A stretch of 60,072 bases of DNA, counting the filler, from Hausera hauseri (lineage: Eukaryota): assembly GCA_046269625.1 (NCBI GenBank). It is 10 parts of 10 records of this genome, joined end to end, with 100 filler letters (N's around TTAATTAATTAA, not from the genome) between each part and the next. Parts side by side here need not be neighbours in the genome. Positions count along the whole stretch, not along the records: positions 22,502 to 26,858 come from JBJURY010619664.1; positions 26,959 to 31,142 come from JBJURY010714992.1; positions 31,243 to 42,816 come from JBJURY010087764.1; 7 more parts are not named here. One strand, 5' to 3'. Made by a program: the position numbers and the translations under genes. How positions within the stretch are numbered: position 1 is the stretch's first letter; every line of letters starts with the position of its first letter. This document shows positions 22,555-34,423 of this stretch, piece by piece. The notes under the pieces are model-generated. The model was not told the origin of the DNA and did not search any database. It was given only the letters and a program-made list of their open reading frames with translations.

Positions 22555-23292
22555 ATAGCATAGCTAATTTGTTAAATTTTCTGTTATATCTTTGCTTTAT
22601 AACTAAAATCTTAATCTACACACAAGCGAAAGTTAATGTGATATGATCATGGTAGGCACAAATGTATGTGGAAAAGGACTCGGCTGTAGTACTCTCAGTC
22701 AAAGGTTAAATTAAACTAAAGCATAAAGCAGACAAGACTATATAATTATGAAAGGACAAACAATAAAATTCTAATACTAGCAAATAAAGAAAAATTTTTT
22801 CAATCAACTAAACTTTATTAAATAACAAACAAATTATTAAGCAGCAGCAGCTTTTCCGATATTCCTAAACTCTGATAATATTGTAATGGGGGCTAATTAA
22901 TATTCACCAAAAACAGTTGATCTTTTTAACTTGTATGTCTTTTCTCGCCGAACAAAATTTCAAATATGTATCTACTTCAATAGCATAACTAATTTCTTAA
23001 ATTTCTTTTATGTTTCTGCCTTTTACATATGTTCTTAATCTACACAAGAAAATTTAATGTCATGGCAGACATAAATGTATGGTATAAAAAGACTTCTTTA
23101 GTACTCTAAGTTAAACGTTAAATTAAACTAAACCATAGAACCAGGCAAGACTATAAAATATGAAAGAACAAACAATAAAAATTTGAAACTAAAATACAAA
23201 GAAAACTTTTTTCGAGCAACTAAATTTTATTGAATAATACAAAATTATTAAGCACCATCATCGTGCCCAATATTGGTATACTCCGCTAATAT
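22555..23292. repeat. Diverged direct repeat, two copies ~415-420 bp apart
   Basis: Shared blocks TAGTACTCT, GTTAAATTAAACTAAA, CAAGACTATA, ACAAACAATAAAA, AAATTATTAAGCA in 22555-22882 and 22978-23292. Confidence 0.8.
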
Positions 23293-23896
23293 ACAAATTG
23301 ATTTATTCATGTATCGGAAATCGATGTATTTGTTTCGCCTGCGTTTTCCCCATATTGTGTACTGCAATCGATCCAAACTGCATTTATTTGTATATCTCTG
23401 ATCCAATCAGTGTTGATAAAATTGAAAGAGATTTTCATTGAATTTTACAATGGTTGGAATTAACAGTATTAAAATTACTGTGTCGACGGACGTTGACGAA
23501 ATATCCCTCAGTGTTAGGAAATAATAATTTGGAGTTTGTATTTTTCAGACAGGTATAATTTGTTTTATATATGTATAAATATATACTTAATTAAGTGTCT
23601 GTAAGCAACCAGTTAAGAAGTAAAGAAATCCTATGGTTTATGTGAGGGAATTCTGTTACATAATCTGTAAAATATTTTCAAACCTTTTTTAATTAAATAC
23701 AGCATTGCAGCTTTTCCGCGGCGAAGCCTTGGCATAGCTGCAACTAAATGCCATGATTTTGTGGACATACATTTTTAAAATTTTAGTGCTTTGGGCAATT
23801 TTTGGGATATAGCTTTTTGGCAAATTTTTCCATTTGCGAAATTATTTTGGACATTGTTTTTTTTTATTTTTTTCTTATTTTTACTACAACACTACT

Positions 23897-24845
23897 TTAG
23901 ATGGTGCAGTTGTGGTAACCATTTGTCATTTCACCAGCAATAACTTGCACCTCATTGTCCTCCACTGCTTTTAAAATTTCAACTTTAGACTGGACCACTT
24001 GCACCGCATTGTCTTCCTTTACTTCTATCCTTTTAACTTCAGGCTTGACCAAATCCTCTGACTTTACAAGAGACCGAACAATTTTCTCAGCCTCTTTGAG
24101 TATGCCAAATTACTTTTGCCAGATCTTCTACTTTGGCTCTAAACCCTTCTGAATAAATTTTTATGTCCTTTAACTGCCTTTTCAGTTGCCTAACTTCCTC
24201 TGATTCCTCAGTTGCCTTCTTTTCCCTCGGCTAAGCTTCCCATCTCTTCTGGAAATGGCCCTTCAGCAGTTTAGGATCCCGCGGATAGTAAAACTCCACT
24301 GCTTGGCTTTTCAACTTCCGTTTCAACCGACTTTTCTTTTGTTGATCATAATCCGTTTGCCACTTTCCTTCGATCCTGTTGGTAATAACAATACGCTCCC
24401 TCGTTTTATCCGCATTTTCAATAGCCTTCGTCAACTGTTCCAACTGACGTTTCGTTATCCGAAGTTGGCCGGTTTCTTGTATATTTGGCTTTTTGATTGC
24501 TTTTGCGCATTCCTCTTTCTTTGCTGATGCACTTTGCTTCATCCACAGAAAAACTTCACGTGCTTTCTTTTTTTTAACTACTGTCAAACTTGTGTCCGAA
24601 AAATATTCATCAGAAGAATCTTGAGACAGTGCGAGATGTTCACGCAATTCTCTTATAACATTTTCTTCATTTCCATTGCAAATCAAATTGTCTTTTGATT
24701 TATTCGGTTTACCTTCTTAATTATTCACATTGTCTTTTGATTTGTCTGGTTTGCCTTCTGAATTGTCCAAATTAATTTCTGACTGTCTGCTGACAAAGTC
24801 CATTGTAGCCTGAATGACTTCTTCAATAACATGAGTGTTGTTCAT
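23897..24845 (-). pseudogene. Unknown K/E-rich, coiled-coil-like ORF with stops and a frameshift
   Basis: ATG at 24845 (MNNTHVIEEVIQATMDFVSRQ), includes ORF 24231-24686 and continues in another frame to ~23897; divergent from the pPolB remnant. Confidence 0.4.
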
Positions 24846-25459
24846 TTTTGAGCGTTGAAAAGTGACAAAATTATGAAAAACACTGACTTATAAACGATGA
24901 GTTTTACTGTGTGCACATATAATTTTAGGTGTACATGCACATGATTTTAGATATGTGCGTACATGAAAATGAATAAAATCACACTTTACTTTTATTATAC
25001 ACATATCTGTGCAAACACACTCAACATTACGTATAAATGAAAACCTAAAATAGTTTAGTTATTTTTTCAAAAAGCCATAGTGTCAAATGTAAATTTTTTA
25101 AACAATTTTCATTTATTTTACTTTAAATTTTTTTAGAAATGTGAACTTTACAAATAATGCATTTCTGCAGTGTACAATGAAGAAAATTATCAGAGAACAA
25201 TGGAAAAATATTGCGGGGTTTTATTTCATCGCTGCAATTATTATACATGTCAATATTGCGAAATTGCCTCGAGACTTTCTTTTTCATAATTTTTCAAGCA
25301 CCGTGGATAAAAAAAGAAAAAAGTTTATTTTTCAAAATCAAAAGGAGGCAGTGGAGATGGCAATGAAATTCTTCAGGCAGAATAATATAAATGGACAGTC
25401 AACCAATGAAGCAATGTAAACAGGAGTAGGCCAAAACGCTCAAATGTCACTTTGACCAG

Positions 25460-26095
25460 GCGACTTAAGCAAGGACTACAGAGACATCCAGATGGCGTTG
25501 CTTTTAAAAGTCGAATGTGAAAATTTGTATTATCTGCAACAGGACAAAATACATTTCAAGATTTTCTAGCTTCAATTTTAAATGATCAATAGGACTTTTG
25601 GATAACAATCTGAAGGAGTTGATTTAATGTGAGAAACCATATATACTGATATAGATGGTGAAAAAGCAAGCAGAGCATTTAAAACAAGCCAGTTTTAAAA
25701 CAAAATCATATTTGTGGATTTTTGGGAAATGAATTCAGATACTTTGTACATAAAACAGAAGAATGTTAAGAAAAGAGCGGATGGACACTTTCGGTGATTA
25801 AAATTTTAATCATTCAGGTACATAAGTATTCTCCATGGAGAGGAAGTTCTTATATTAAGCTACCTGAATGGATTGAAAATAAAAAAAGCATGTATTAATG
25901 TTAAGAACAGTGATAAATTTTATGTTGAATATTAAATTTTATTTATATTTATAAGTAGAGATGCTCAAAGAAATGAATTATAGAGACCTTCAGCATGATT
26001 ACAGTTTCTCATGTATCAGTTTCAGCATCATTTCATGATATTGAGAAATTTGTGAAAATTGATGCAATTTCAATCAATATATTTGCGATTGATCA
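25460..26095 (+). pseudogene. Maverick/adintovirus protein-primed PolB, N-terminal region remnant
   Basis: GWTLSVIKILIIQVHKYSPWRGSSYIKLPEWIENKK/ACINVKNSD and DIEKFVKIDAISINIF follow the GW....KY.P.RGSSYI.LP.WI..KKA.INVKN pattern. Confidence 0.8.
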
Positions 26096-26252
26096 TTCAC
26101 GGAAAATACCAGTAGATGAGCGGAACGGTATGTGTCAGAAAAAAACATACACAAACCTCCCCATGGCTGTTTATAAAACACACAACCAACACAGTAGTTT
26201 CATAGCTTCCTACAACATTGACATTTAAAGTTATTATTTAGCGTTTGTATTT

Positions 26253-26471
26253 ATGAATGTGTCTATGTTCTCTGAACAGGTCGAGCAGCTGGAATTGCAG
26301 ACGCTACACATGCAGAGGCAGTTAAACTTACTCCTTATTATCCAGTTCTTGACAGCTTTCATCTTGATTCTCATCATGTTAGCTTATTCCTGCTTTGGTG
26401 AGGAGCTGTTTACCAGATTCCTGGCTTTGCCTTTAGATTTCTGCCACGTGCCTTATGGACGCAAGTGCTAA
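26253..26471 (+). CDS. Small ORF or exon with one hydrophobic segment, unknown
   Basis: LLLIIQFLTAFILILIMLAY; flanked by splice-like CAG|G (~26279) and AAG|GTATTT (~26521). Confidence 0.25.
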   Translation: MNVSMFSEQVEQLELQTLHMQRQLNLLLIIQFLTAFILILIMLAYSCFGEELFTRFLALPLDFCHVPYGRKC

Positions 26472-26858
26472 CCTAGGATTGATAGTCCGTGATGTTTGAC
26501 GAAACTCGATAGCTTAGTAAGGTATTTGTTTTCACTTAGTTTGCATGGACTGACATGCATGGAGTGTAAATCTTTGATTTTGTTAAACTTCTTATTAAGA
26601 AGAGTGCTTATGAATCTTTTCTTCACTTTTTTGTCCTATTTCAGGGTTGGGAAAACTTTGTGAACAGAGAGCCACTTTGATATACCAACCAGTGGCTTTC
26701 CAGTGACCTGAAAATGGGCCATAACAGTATTTAGTGGCTGCTTATATGATGGTAGAAAATGAATGTAAAAATCTGTTTTTTTTTTTTTTTATTTAAACTA
26801 CATTTTTAGCATTAAAATTGTTTGTGTGTTTGTGTATATTTTTTCCTTTTTTCTTTCC

Positions 26859-26958
26859 NNNNNNNNNNNNNNNNNNNNNNNNNNNNNNNNNNNNNNNNNN
26901 NNTTAATTAATTAANNNNNNNNNNNNNNNNNNNNNNNNNNNNNNNNNNNNNNNNNNNN
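26859..26958. other. Artificial scaffold linker
   Basis: N44-TTAATTAATTAA-N44. Confidence 0.98.
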
Positions 26959-28743
26959 AAATCATTCATTAAGGAGAATTATAAAGTTAGGGATTATTTC
27001 CATTTCACGTGCACATATCGAGGTGCAGCATACAACATGTATAAAATATTTACATATGTGCCTATAGTGTTCCATAATCTCAGTGGTTATGATTCCCATT
27101 TCATTGTTTGAAACTGAGCAGCATTGAATGAAACACTGATATGATCCGTAATAGTGAGGAAAAATACATCACATTTACCAAGCATGTTGGAAAAATCAGG
27201 CTTTGTTTCATAGACAGTTTCCGTTTTATGTCGTCTTCACTTGAAAGTTTAGTGAAGAACCTCCCAGCAAAAGAACTCAAGGAGACTAAGCGGTTCTTTC
27301 TCATTGCATTTGATCTATTCAAAAGGAAAGGCGTGTTTCCTTATGACTATATAACATCATGGGAAACACTGGATGAGGCCTCATTGCCGGCCAAGAAGGA
27401 TTTTTACAACATCCTCTCTGATTGCAATATCAGTGATATGGATGACCAGCATGCTCAAAATGTCTGGCATGCATTTCAATGACGAATATTAGCAGAATAC
27501 AGCGACATATACCTAAAGACGGACTTGCTGCTTCTGACGGATGTCTTTAAGAGTTTCAAGGATGCTACGATAAAGAGCCATGCATTGGATCCGGCTCATT
27601 TCTTTACGGCTTCATAGATGAGTTTGGCAGCTGTGCTGAGATATACAGGTGTCAGGCTACAGATCATAAAGGATTACTACATGATCCTCATAATTGAGAG
27701 AGGCATTATAGGCGGAATATGCCAGGCCATCCACCGGTATAGTGAGGCAAACAACAAGGAATCCTCATATTTATCATACCTGGATGCCAACAACTTGTAT
27801 GGATAAGAAATGAGCGCCCCATTGCATATGATAACTTCAAGTTGGTTGAGCATCCCGAAGGCATCCTTATACTGGACCTGGATTCCAATGGAGATACAAG
27901 CTATATACTGGAAGTAGATATGGAATATCCGGCTTCTATTTACAAAAGGAATGAGCATCTGCCTTTCCTTCCTGAGAACAAAAGACCTCCGAATGGGGGA
28001 TTAGAAAAGTTACTGTGCCATCTTCGAAATCGGGAAAGACATGTAGTCCACTACATAAATCTCCAGCAAGCGGTCAGAAATGGACTCCGTGTTATTAAGA
28101 TCCATTGGACCCTGCAGTTCAGCCAGTTCATGTGGCTGCAGCCATACATAGATCTCAATACCAAGCTACGGACCAATGCCAAGAACGACTTTGCGAAGGA
28201 TCAGTTCAAGCTATACATCAACAGCGTTTTTGGCAAGACCATAGAAAATATCCGCAACAGGGTTAACATCGAACTGGTCTCTGAGTGGAAGCGGGCATAG
28301 AAGCTCATTGCCAAACCAAATTTCCACAGTAGCATCATATGTGCGGAGAACTTGGTCAGCATCCATATGCTGAAAACATCCTTGCAATTCAACAAGCCCA
28401 TATATGTGGGTATAGCAAAAATGGACCTGTCAAAGACCCTGATGTACAAATTCCACTATGACATCATGGTCCCTAAGTTTGAGTCCATGCAGCTGATGGA
28501 TATGGATACTGATAGTTTCATCTATCAGATCTATACAGATGATATTTTAAGGACTTTGTCCAATTGGCACATCACATGAATATCTCGGATTATCCGAAGG
28601 AACATTCCAACTATTCAATAGCCAACAAAAAGGTCCTTGGGAAATTCAAAGACGAGGTGAATGGAGCAATCATCTCGAGATTTGCAGCTCTTAGGTCCAA
28701 AATGTATGCCATTGATATATTTGGCCAAGTAACGAAGAGGGCT
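26959..28743 (+). pseudogene. polB: Maverick/Polinton protein-primed DNA polymerase B (exonuclease and polymerase domains), disrupted and 3'-truncated
   Basis: VRDYFHFTCTYRGAA, FHNLSGYDSHF, FIDSFRFMSSSL, KGVFPYDY, YLDANNLYG, KLYINSVFGKT, MDTDSFIY, LGKFKDE, LRSKMYA. Confidence 0.95.
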
Positions 28744-28744
28744 G

Positions 28745-29460
28745 TGTCACCGCGTCGGATTTATAGTTGTACCCGATCCCCCGCCGCGAAAATGTCACAA
28801 GATGACCTTCTCACACATGAACGGAAGAAAGTTTTGTTATTCCCAAATCTGTATCAATCGATTTAGTCAGCTCATCCCTGCAAAATTCTCAACCTTTTGT
28901 TATCCGTTATCAGAAACCTGATTCATTCATCAGGCCTACCGATGAAAATTTTATTTTGAAAAACATCGGCGAATTTCAAGACAACGAAAGATTTGTTTGT
29001 ATCATTTGAAAATTGGAAATCAGGTACTACATACAGCTTCACGGTTTTTGCTCCAAACATTCTTGGAAATTCATCTAAACCAAAGGAGTCATATGAATCA
29101 ACATTGCGACCAGATTTTAAAGATTTCAAATTAAATTCCATCGAAAATGGATTCAATCACAAAGTTAATGTTTCATGGACTTTCGAGGTTCGCCGGAACT
29201 GTTCGCATTACTTCACCGTAAGTTACAAAATCTCTGGTAAAAACTCTCGTACAAATACAACAAACAATACAAATTTGTTATTAAATGAATTGAACACGAA
29301 CGAGGTTTACAACGTCACAGTCAGACCAGAATTAAGAATAAAAACAGAGAACAATGAAAAGTTTGGTCGACCACAATTTCAAATATTTTATACAGGAAAG
29401 CAACTCATTAGAATCACAAATGTCAGATTAAATAATTCTCTCAGTAATCAAATAGAGACA
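28745..29460 (+). pseudogene. Fibronectin type III repeats (host surface-protein fragment)
   Basis: VPDPP.., NWKSGTTYSFTVFAPNILGNS, VNVSW...FTVSYK...LNELNTNEVYNVTVRP. Confidence 0.7.
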
Positions 29461-29779
29461 ATTTCATGGATTTCCTTGAAGAAGATATTTTGGCAATTTT
29501 CAATTATTTGGAAGTTTGTTTCGTCAAAAGCAAAACTTATAAATTCAATTTTTATATCATCATTAAATTAATTCTGTTTTATACAATTTTTTATTTAATT
29601 TTATACTCAAAAGATCGTCATGAAGTACGAAAACGAAAGACGCTTGGAAAATGATAATTATTATTCTGATGACGAAAGAGGCGGATACGGAAATATGTCG
29701 TCAGAACAAAAAGAAGCAGGATTGCATCTTATTCGTGCGGTACGCTATTGAAATTGAATATTATAAAAGCAGCCCATTT

Positions 29780-30120
29780 ATACCCGACGAAATGGGAATG
29801 ACTACATTGCATCATGCTGCAGAAAATGGAAATTTTCTTGTCGTACAACATTTACTGCATTCATTTTCTGACATTGACGTTGATCACCAATCAGCCGCCG
29901 GTCGCACAGCACTACCAATTGCCTGCTGTAACGGATATCTTGATTTGGATTCGTTGGGTTATCATTCTTTGTTGTGGGCCATCGAGAAACGTCATTTGTC
30001 AGTCGCTCTATTTCATCAATGAGACTGATGTTGATGTAACAATGAAAAATAATTTTGAGGAAGATGCCTGCTAACTTGCTCTAGAATTGGATGATCCCCA
30101 GTTGTTTGATATTTTAAACG
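29780..30120 (+). pseudogene. Ankyrin-repeat fragment, frameshifted
   Basis: DEMGMTTLHHAAENGNFLVVQHLL..DVDHQSAAGRTALPIACCNGYLD..GYHSLLWAIEKRHLSVALF. Confidence 0.85.
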
Positions 30121-31142
30121 GTTGTTTAATTTGTAGGATTTGAATTTGCGGTTGTTTGTGCATTAGTGATGTTGAAAAAAATTTATGATTTCGGAAAAAG
30201 AATTGTTTGTTTAAATAATACACAATTTTGAAATTTCGTCTTCGTCATTTTTACAGAGTTTGCCTGTTGCTATTTTAATTGAATTTTGTTCTCTATTTTA
30301 AAAAATTTTTAACTTTCCACAATTATAGTTGTAATTGCGATACGTTCCAAATATTTTGGTCGACGTGTAACAAACAGTACAAAAGGAAATTTAACCGTGG
30401 GATTATTCGAAGTTATTTTTCAAACATTTCAAAAAACATACAGATATGTTCTATGAGGAATTGGCGAAATTTTATCAGGATTTATTCATTAAGAAATATC
30501 TAAATAACAGTTTGGTTCGGTGGTATTTGGAAAATGTCATCGACTTTGCATTTTAAATAATATACAAACTCATCTTTCATTTTTCATTCTTCTAATCAAT
30601 CTTCAAATAAACTAATGTCACGTTCAAAACGATGTATGAATGAAGAATCATTTGAATAATGTAAATCAGAGTTATCCATATGAATAATGATGTTAAATAA
30701 TTATTGTAAGTTCCATTGAAAACATACAATGTTAGAATCAACTGAATCGGATATTTAAATCAGTGCAGTGGAAAGCAACACTGGATTTTGTACAGATAAT
30801 TACAATTAAATTATGTACCGAAAATATGTCATCCTTCGTAAGTTAACGCCAAAATAAAATGACAAAATTTTACAACAATGCATCTACAATATTTGAAATC
30901 GGATGATTAACAGAATGGTAATTACAAAAATGTAGAATCTAAAGTTTCCAAATTGAACATGTTACCGAACTTTAGATGTTTGTATTGTTCAAAAGCCTTG
31001 TATAGGCCGCATAATACAAGTACTAAAATCCAGTCGATAAAACGAATGATAAAAACGTGAGAAACCAATAACTCCAGTATATAAAGTTTATTAAAACAGA
31101 TGTATGTTGGCGGAGGGGATTTCGATGTCGTGTGTATGTGGA

Positions 31143-31242
31143 NNNNNNNNNNNNNNNNNNNNNNNNNNNNNNNNNNNNNNNNNNNNTTAATTAATTAANN
31201 NNNNNNNNNNNNNNNNNNNNNNNNNNNNNNNNNNNNNNNNNN
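31143..31242. other. Artificial scaffold linker
   Basis: N44-TTAATTAATTAA-N44. Confidence 0.98.
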
Positions 31243-33340
31243 CATAAAGCATATCATCAAATTCCTGTTGCACCTGATGATATTCCAAAAACTGCTATCA
31301 TTACTCCATTTGGCCTCTATGAATACATCTTTATGTCATTTGGTTTACGTAGTGCTTGTCAAACTTTCCAACGGCACATTGATACCGTACTCTCGGGTCT
31401 AGATTTCCCTCATCCATATATTGATGATATACTACTTTTCTCTACGTCTGTCAAACAACATCAAGAATACCTTCGTATTATCTTTCACAGATTACATTAT
31501 AGCAATTTGCAAGTCAACTTCTCCAAGTGTCATTTCTTTCAAAAACGTGTAAATTTCCTAGGTCACGGCATCATTCCTGACGGCCACTCTCCACAACCGG
31601 ATTGACTACAATATTTAAATAATATAACTATACCAACGACTACCACGGACATGAGAAGCTTCTTAGGCACACTCCACTTCATCCAAAAATACGTACCACA
31701 TTGCTCTGAGCTTACAGCACCTTTCGCACATCTATCATCCGGAAAAAAGAGGCAGTTGTTCCACTGGACTCCAGATTTGGTAACGAAGTTTGATCACTTG
31801 CGCGAAGGTCTTAAAACCGTAGAAATACTGGCTTGTCGGAAACCCAAGGCACATCTTATTCTTTCAACCGATGCCTCAACCACAGCTACTGGCCCTGTAC
31901 TACACCAGATTTCTAATGGCGTTGACGAGCCATTATAATTCTATTCTAGGAAGCTTACACAACCCGAGAGCCGTTACTCCACATTTGACCGTGAGTTACT
32001 CATTATAGTTGTGGCAGTAAAACACTTCAAACACTTACTTCTCTCTCGTTTATTTGTAATTCAAACTAACCATAAGCCTCTGCTGCACATCATGTCGTTA
32101 AAAGAGCCATCACCGAGGCAAGAGAGACATATATCATACGTGTCTACGTTCAGTTTTGCTTTGGAATATATCTCGGGCACAGATAACTTGTAGCTGACTT
32201 TCCATCGAGGTCGGTTGGATCCATCACAGTTGAGCCGATTTTTTCATCTGAAGTCTTAAAGGCAATCAACCATCTGCTGATTTCCTCAGTTCCTTCAAAT
32301 CCTTCGAGATCATTGATGGAATAGCTTTTTATACTTCTAACACAGAGAATAAAAAGATCATTCTTGCTCCATCGCTACAAAAGACAGCTTTCAACCACTT
32401 TCACTCTCTTCATCATCCGGGTTTAAAAGCCACATTTCGCCTACTACAACACCACGTTGTATGGCCAACTATGCGTACAGATGTAGAGATCTGGGTCAAG
32501 GGATGTGCAGCATGCCAGCAATACAAGGCCCACAAACACCTAAAACCACCACTTTACTACTTCCCTTGTACGTCCAGTTTTGACACTGTGCATTTGGATA
32601 TTGTCGGTCCTTTGCCATCCGACAACGGCTATCAATGCATCTTATCTATGATGGATCGAGCTTCACGCTGGCCTGAAGCCGTTCCGCTTCGATCAACCAA
32701 CACTGACTCTGTAGTAGATGCATTTATTAAGATATGGGTCAGCCTTTTTGGTTCATCACGTTACATCATAACGGACCAGGGTCCGCAATTTGAAGCTGAT
32801 CTTTTCAAATCTCTAGTAAAGCACTTGGGGATAGCCCACTTCCATATGACGCCGTACCATCCCCAAGCAAGTGGCCTTCTTGAGAGATTTTACCGCACCA
32901 TGAAAATTTTATTTAAAAATTCTGGCTAACAGCAATCGCAATTGGACCTCGATTATTCCTCTTGTCCTACTTGGTTGGCGCAACAGGCCATCCACTACCA
33001 CAGGTTGTGCTCCGGCTGAAGCTCTCTTTGGGACACCAATTCGTGCACTATTTGAGCTTTCCAATTTGGATGAAAGTCCATCTGATGAAGTTATTCGTGC
33101 AGCACAGTCCCACTTTGTAGAGGTAAACTCAAACGCCTTTTGTCGTCTTATAAATAAAGATAAATCTTATATTCCAGAGGACATATACTCAGCCAAATTT
33201 GTATGGCTGAAAGATCCGTAACCTTCAGGTTTTCGGCCTCAATACGTTGGACCTTACAAATTACTAAATCTTTCTTCGCATAATGCCACCATTTTGCGTA
33301 GGGACAAACTTCAGAACGTACATATTTCTAACCTTAAGCC
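31243..33340 (+). mobile_element. pol: Gypsy pol (RT-RNaseH-IN) pseudogene, CsRN1-like lineage
   Basis: AYHQIPVAPDDIPKTAIITPFGLYE, YIDDILL, TDAS, YSTFDRELL, HLDIVGPLP, DRASRWPEAVPL, TDQGPQFE, YHPQASGLLER, GPY. Confidence 0.92.
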
Positions 33341-33851
33341 AGCATTATTTGTTGATGATGATCAGGACAACAGTCTTATCTTAAATCCTGACCCTAATTT
33401 GTCTTTTGGCGAGACATTATCCAATTTCCTCGATGGTTTTGAGCTGCCGCATCAATCGAGTCACATTCAATCTTTCTCACCTTCGTCGTCTTCTAAACAA
33501 CTAAAAAAACAACATTCACTTCACCGTCATCGCACTATTTGTCTTTATTTCCAGCCACACTTCCTCAGTTTCGCCTACTCCACTTTTCAGTTTCTTCTCC
33601 ATCCTCAACTCTTCATGAAGGATTCTCTCAAAACACCACAAAATCTACAGCATCTCTTTCTAAAACGACTCCACAAGCACCAGTAACATCTAACAGTTCA
33701 CGCCGAGTGGCGTTTAGCACTTATAGCAAGGAGAAGTTCATAGATGGAGTCCAACGTCTAACACGTACCAAAACCGAATAGGTATAAACTTTTCCTTTTC
33801 CTACTATAATTTCCATTCATTTTCTTCTCTTCATAGTCTTCGTCTTGCCAC

Positions 33852-33861
33852 GGGGAGGGGG
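33852..33861 (+). promoter_or_regulatory. Polypurine tract preceding the 3' LTR
   Basis: GGGGAGGGGG immediately followed by TGTGATGT (33862), downstream of integrase. Confidence 0.7.
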
Positions 33862-34423
33862 TGTGATGTAGTGCCTAGGATGTGGCTGCACTGGTTGGGG
33901 GCTGTCGAATCGGTGAGAGAATTTTCCCCACTATATGATTTGTGAACATTACAAGAACATTACAACAGGAGTACTTATTTCTTCAGATATGAAACCTGTT
34001 ACGTTATTTCACACTTTTACAATGCTCCTTTTCTGAAGAAATAACTATTTGAGTTTGACTATTGAGAATTTTCAAATTGGATAAAAACGCTCTTTTCTGT
34101 TATCTGTCAATACGGATCACAACTTTGCCGAAGAACATTTTATCATTGGAATGAAACTATAATTGTCAAGGGACAGAATTTAATACAAATTGACAGACAC
34201 AAATTGATGGATTTTAAATTGTTGGCAAATGTATACGTCGGTAACAATCACGTATTGCCTATTACCCTGTAATGGACAATTGTACATAAATGTAAATATA
34301 TAGACATAATTGATATTAAAAATCAATAATTTTGTAATTTGAAATACATCAGCGTTCTTTTGGATTTTCCTTTTGGATTCTTATGGTAATTGTGGATTTT
34401 TTCCTCAACCAGATAAAACTACA

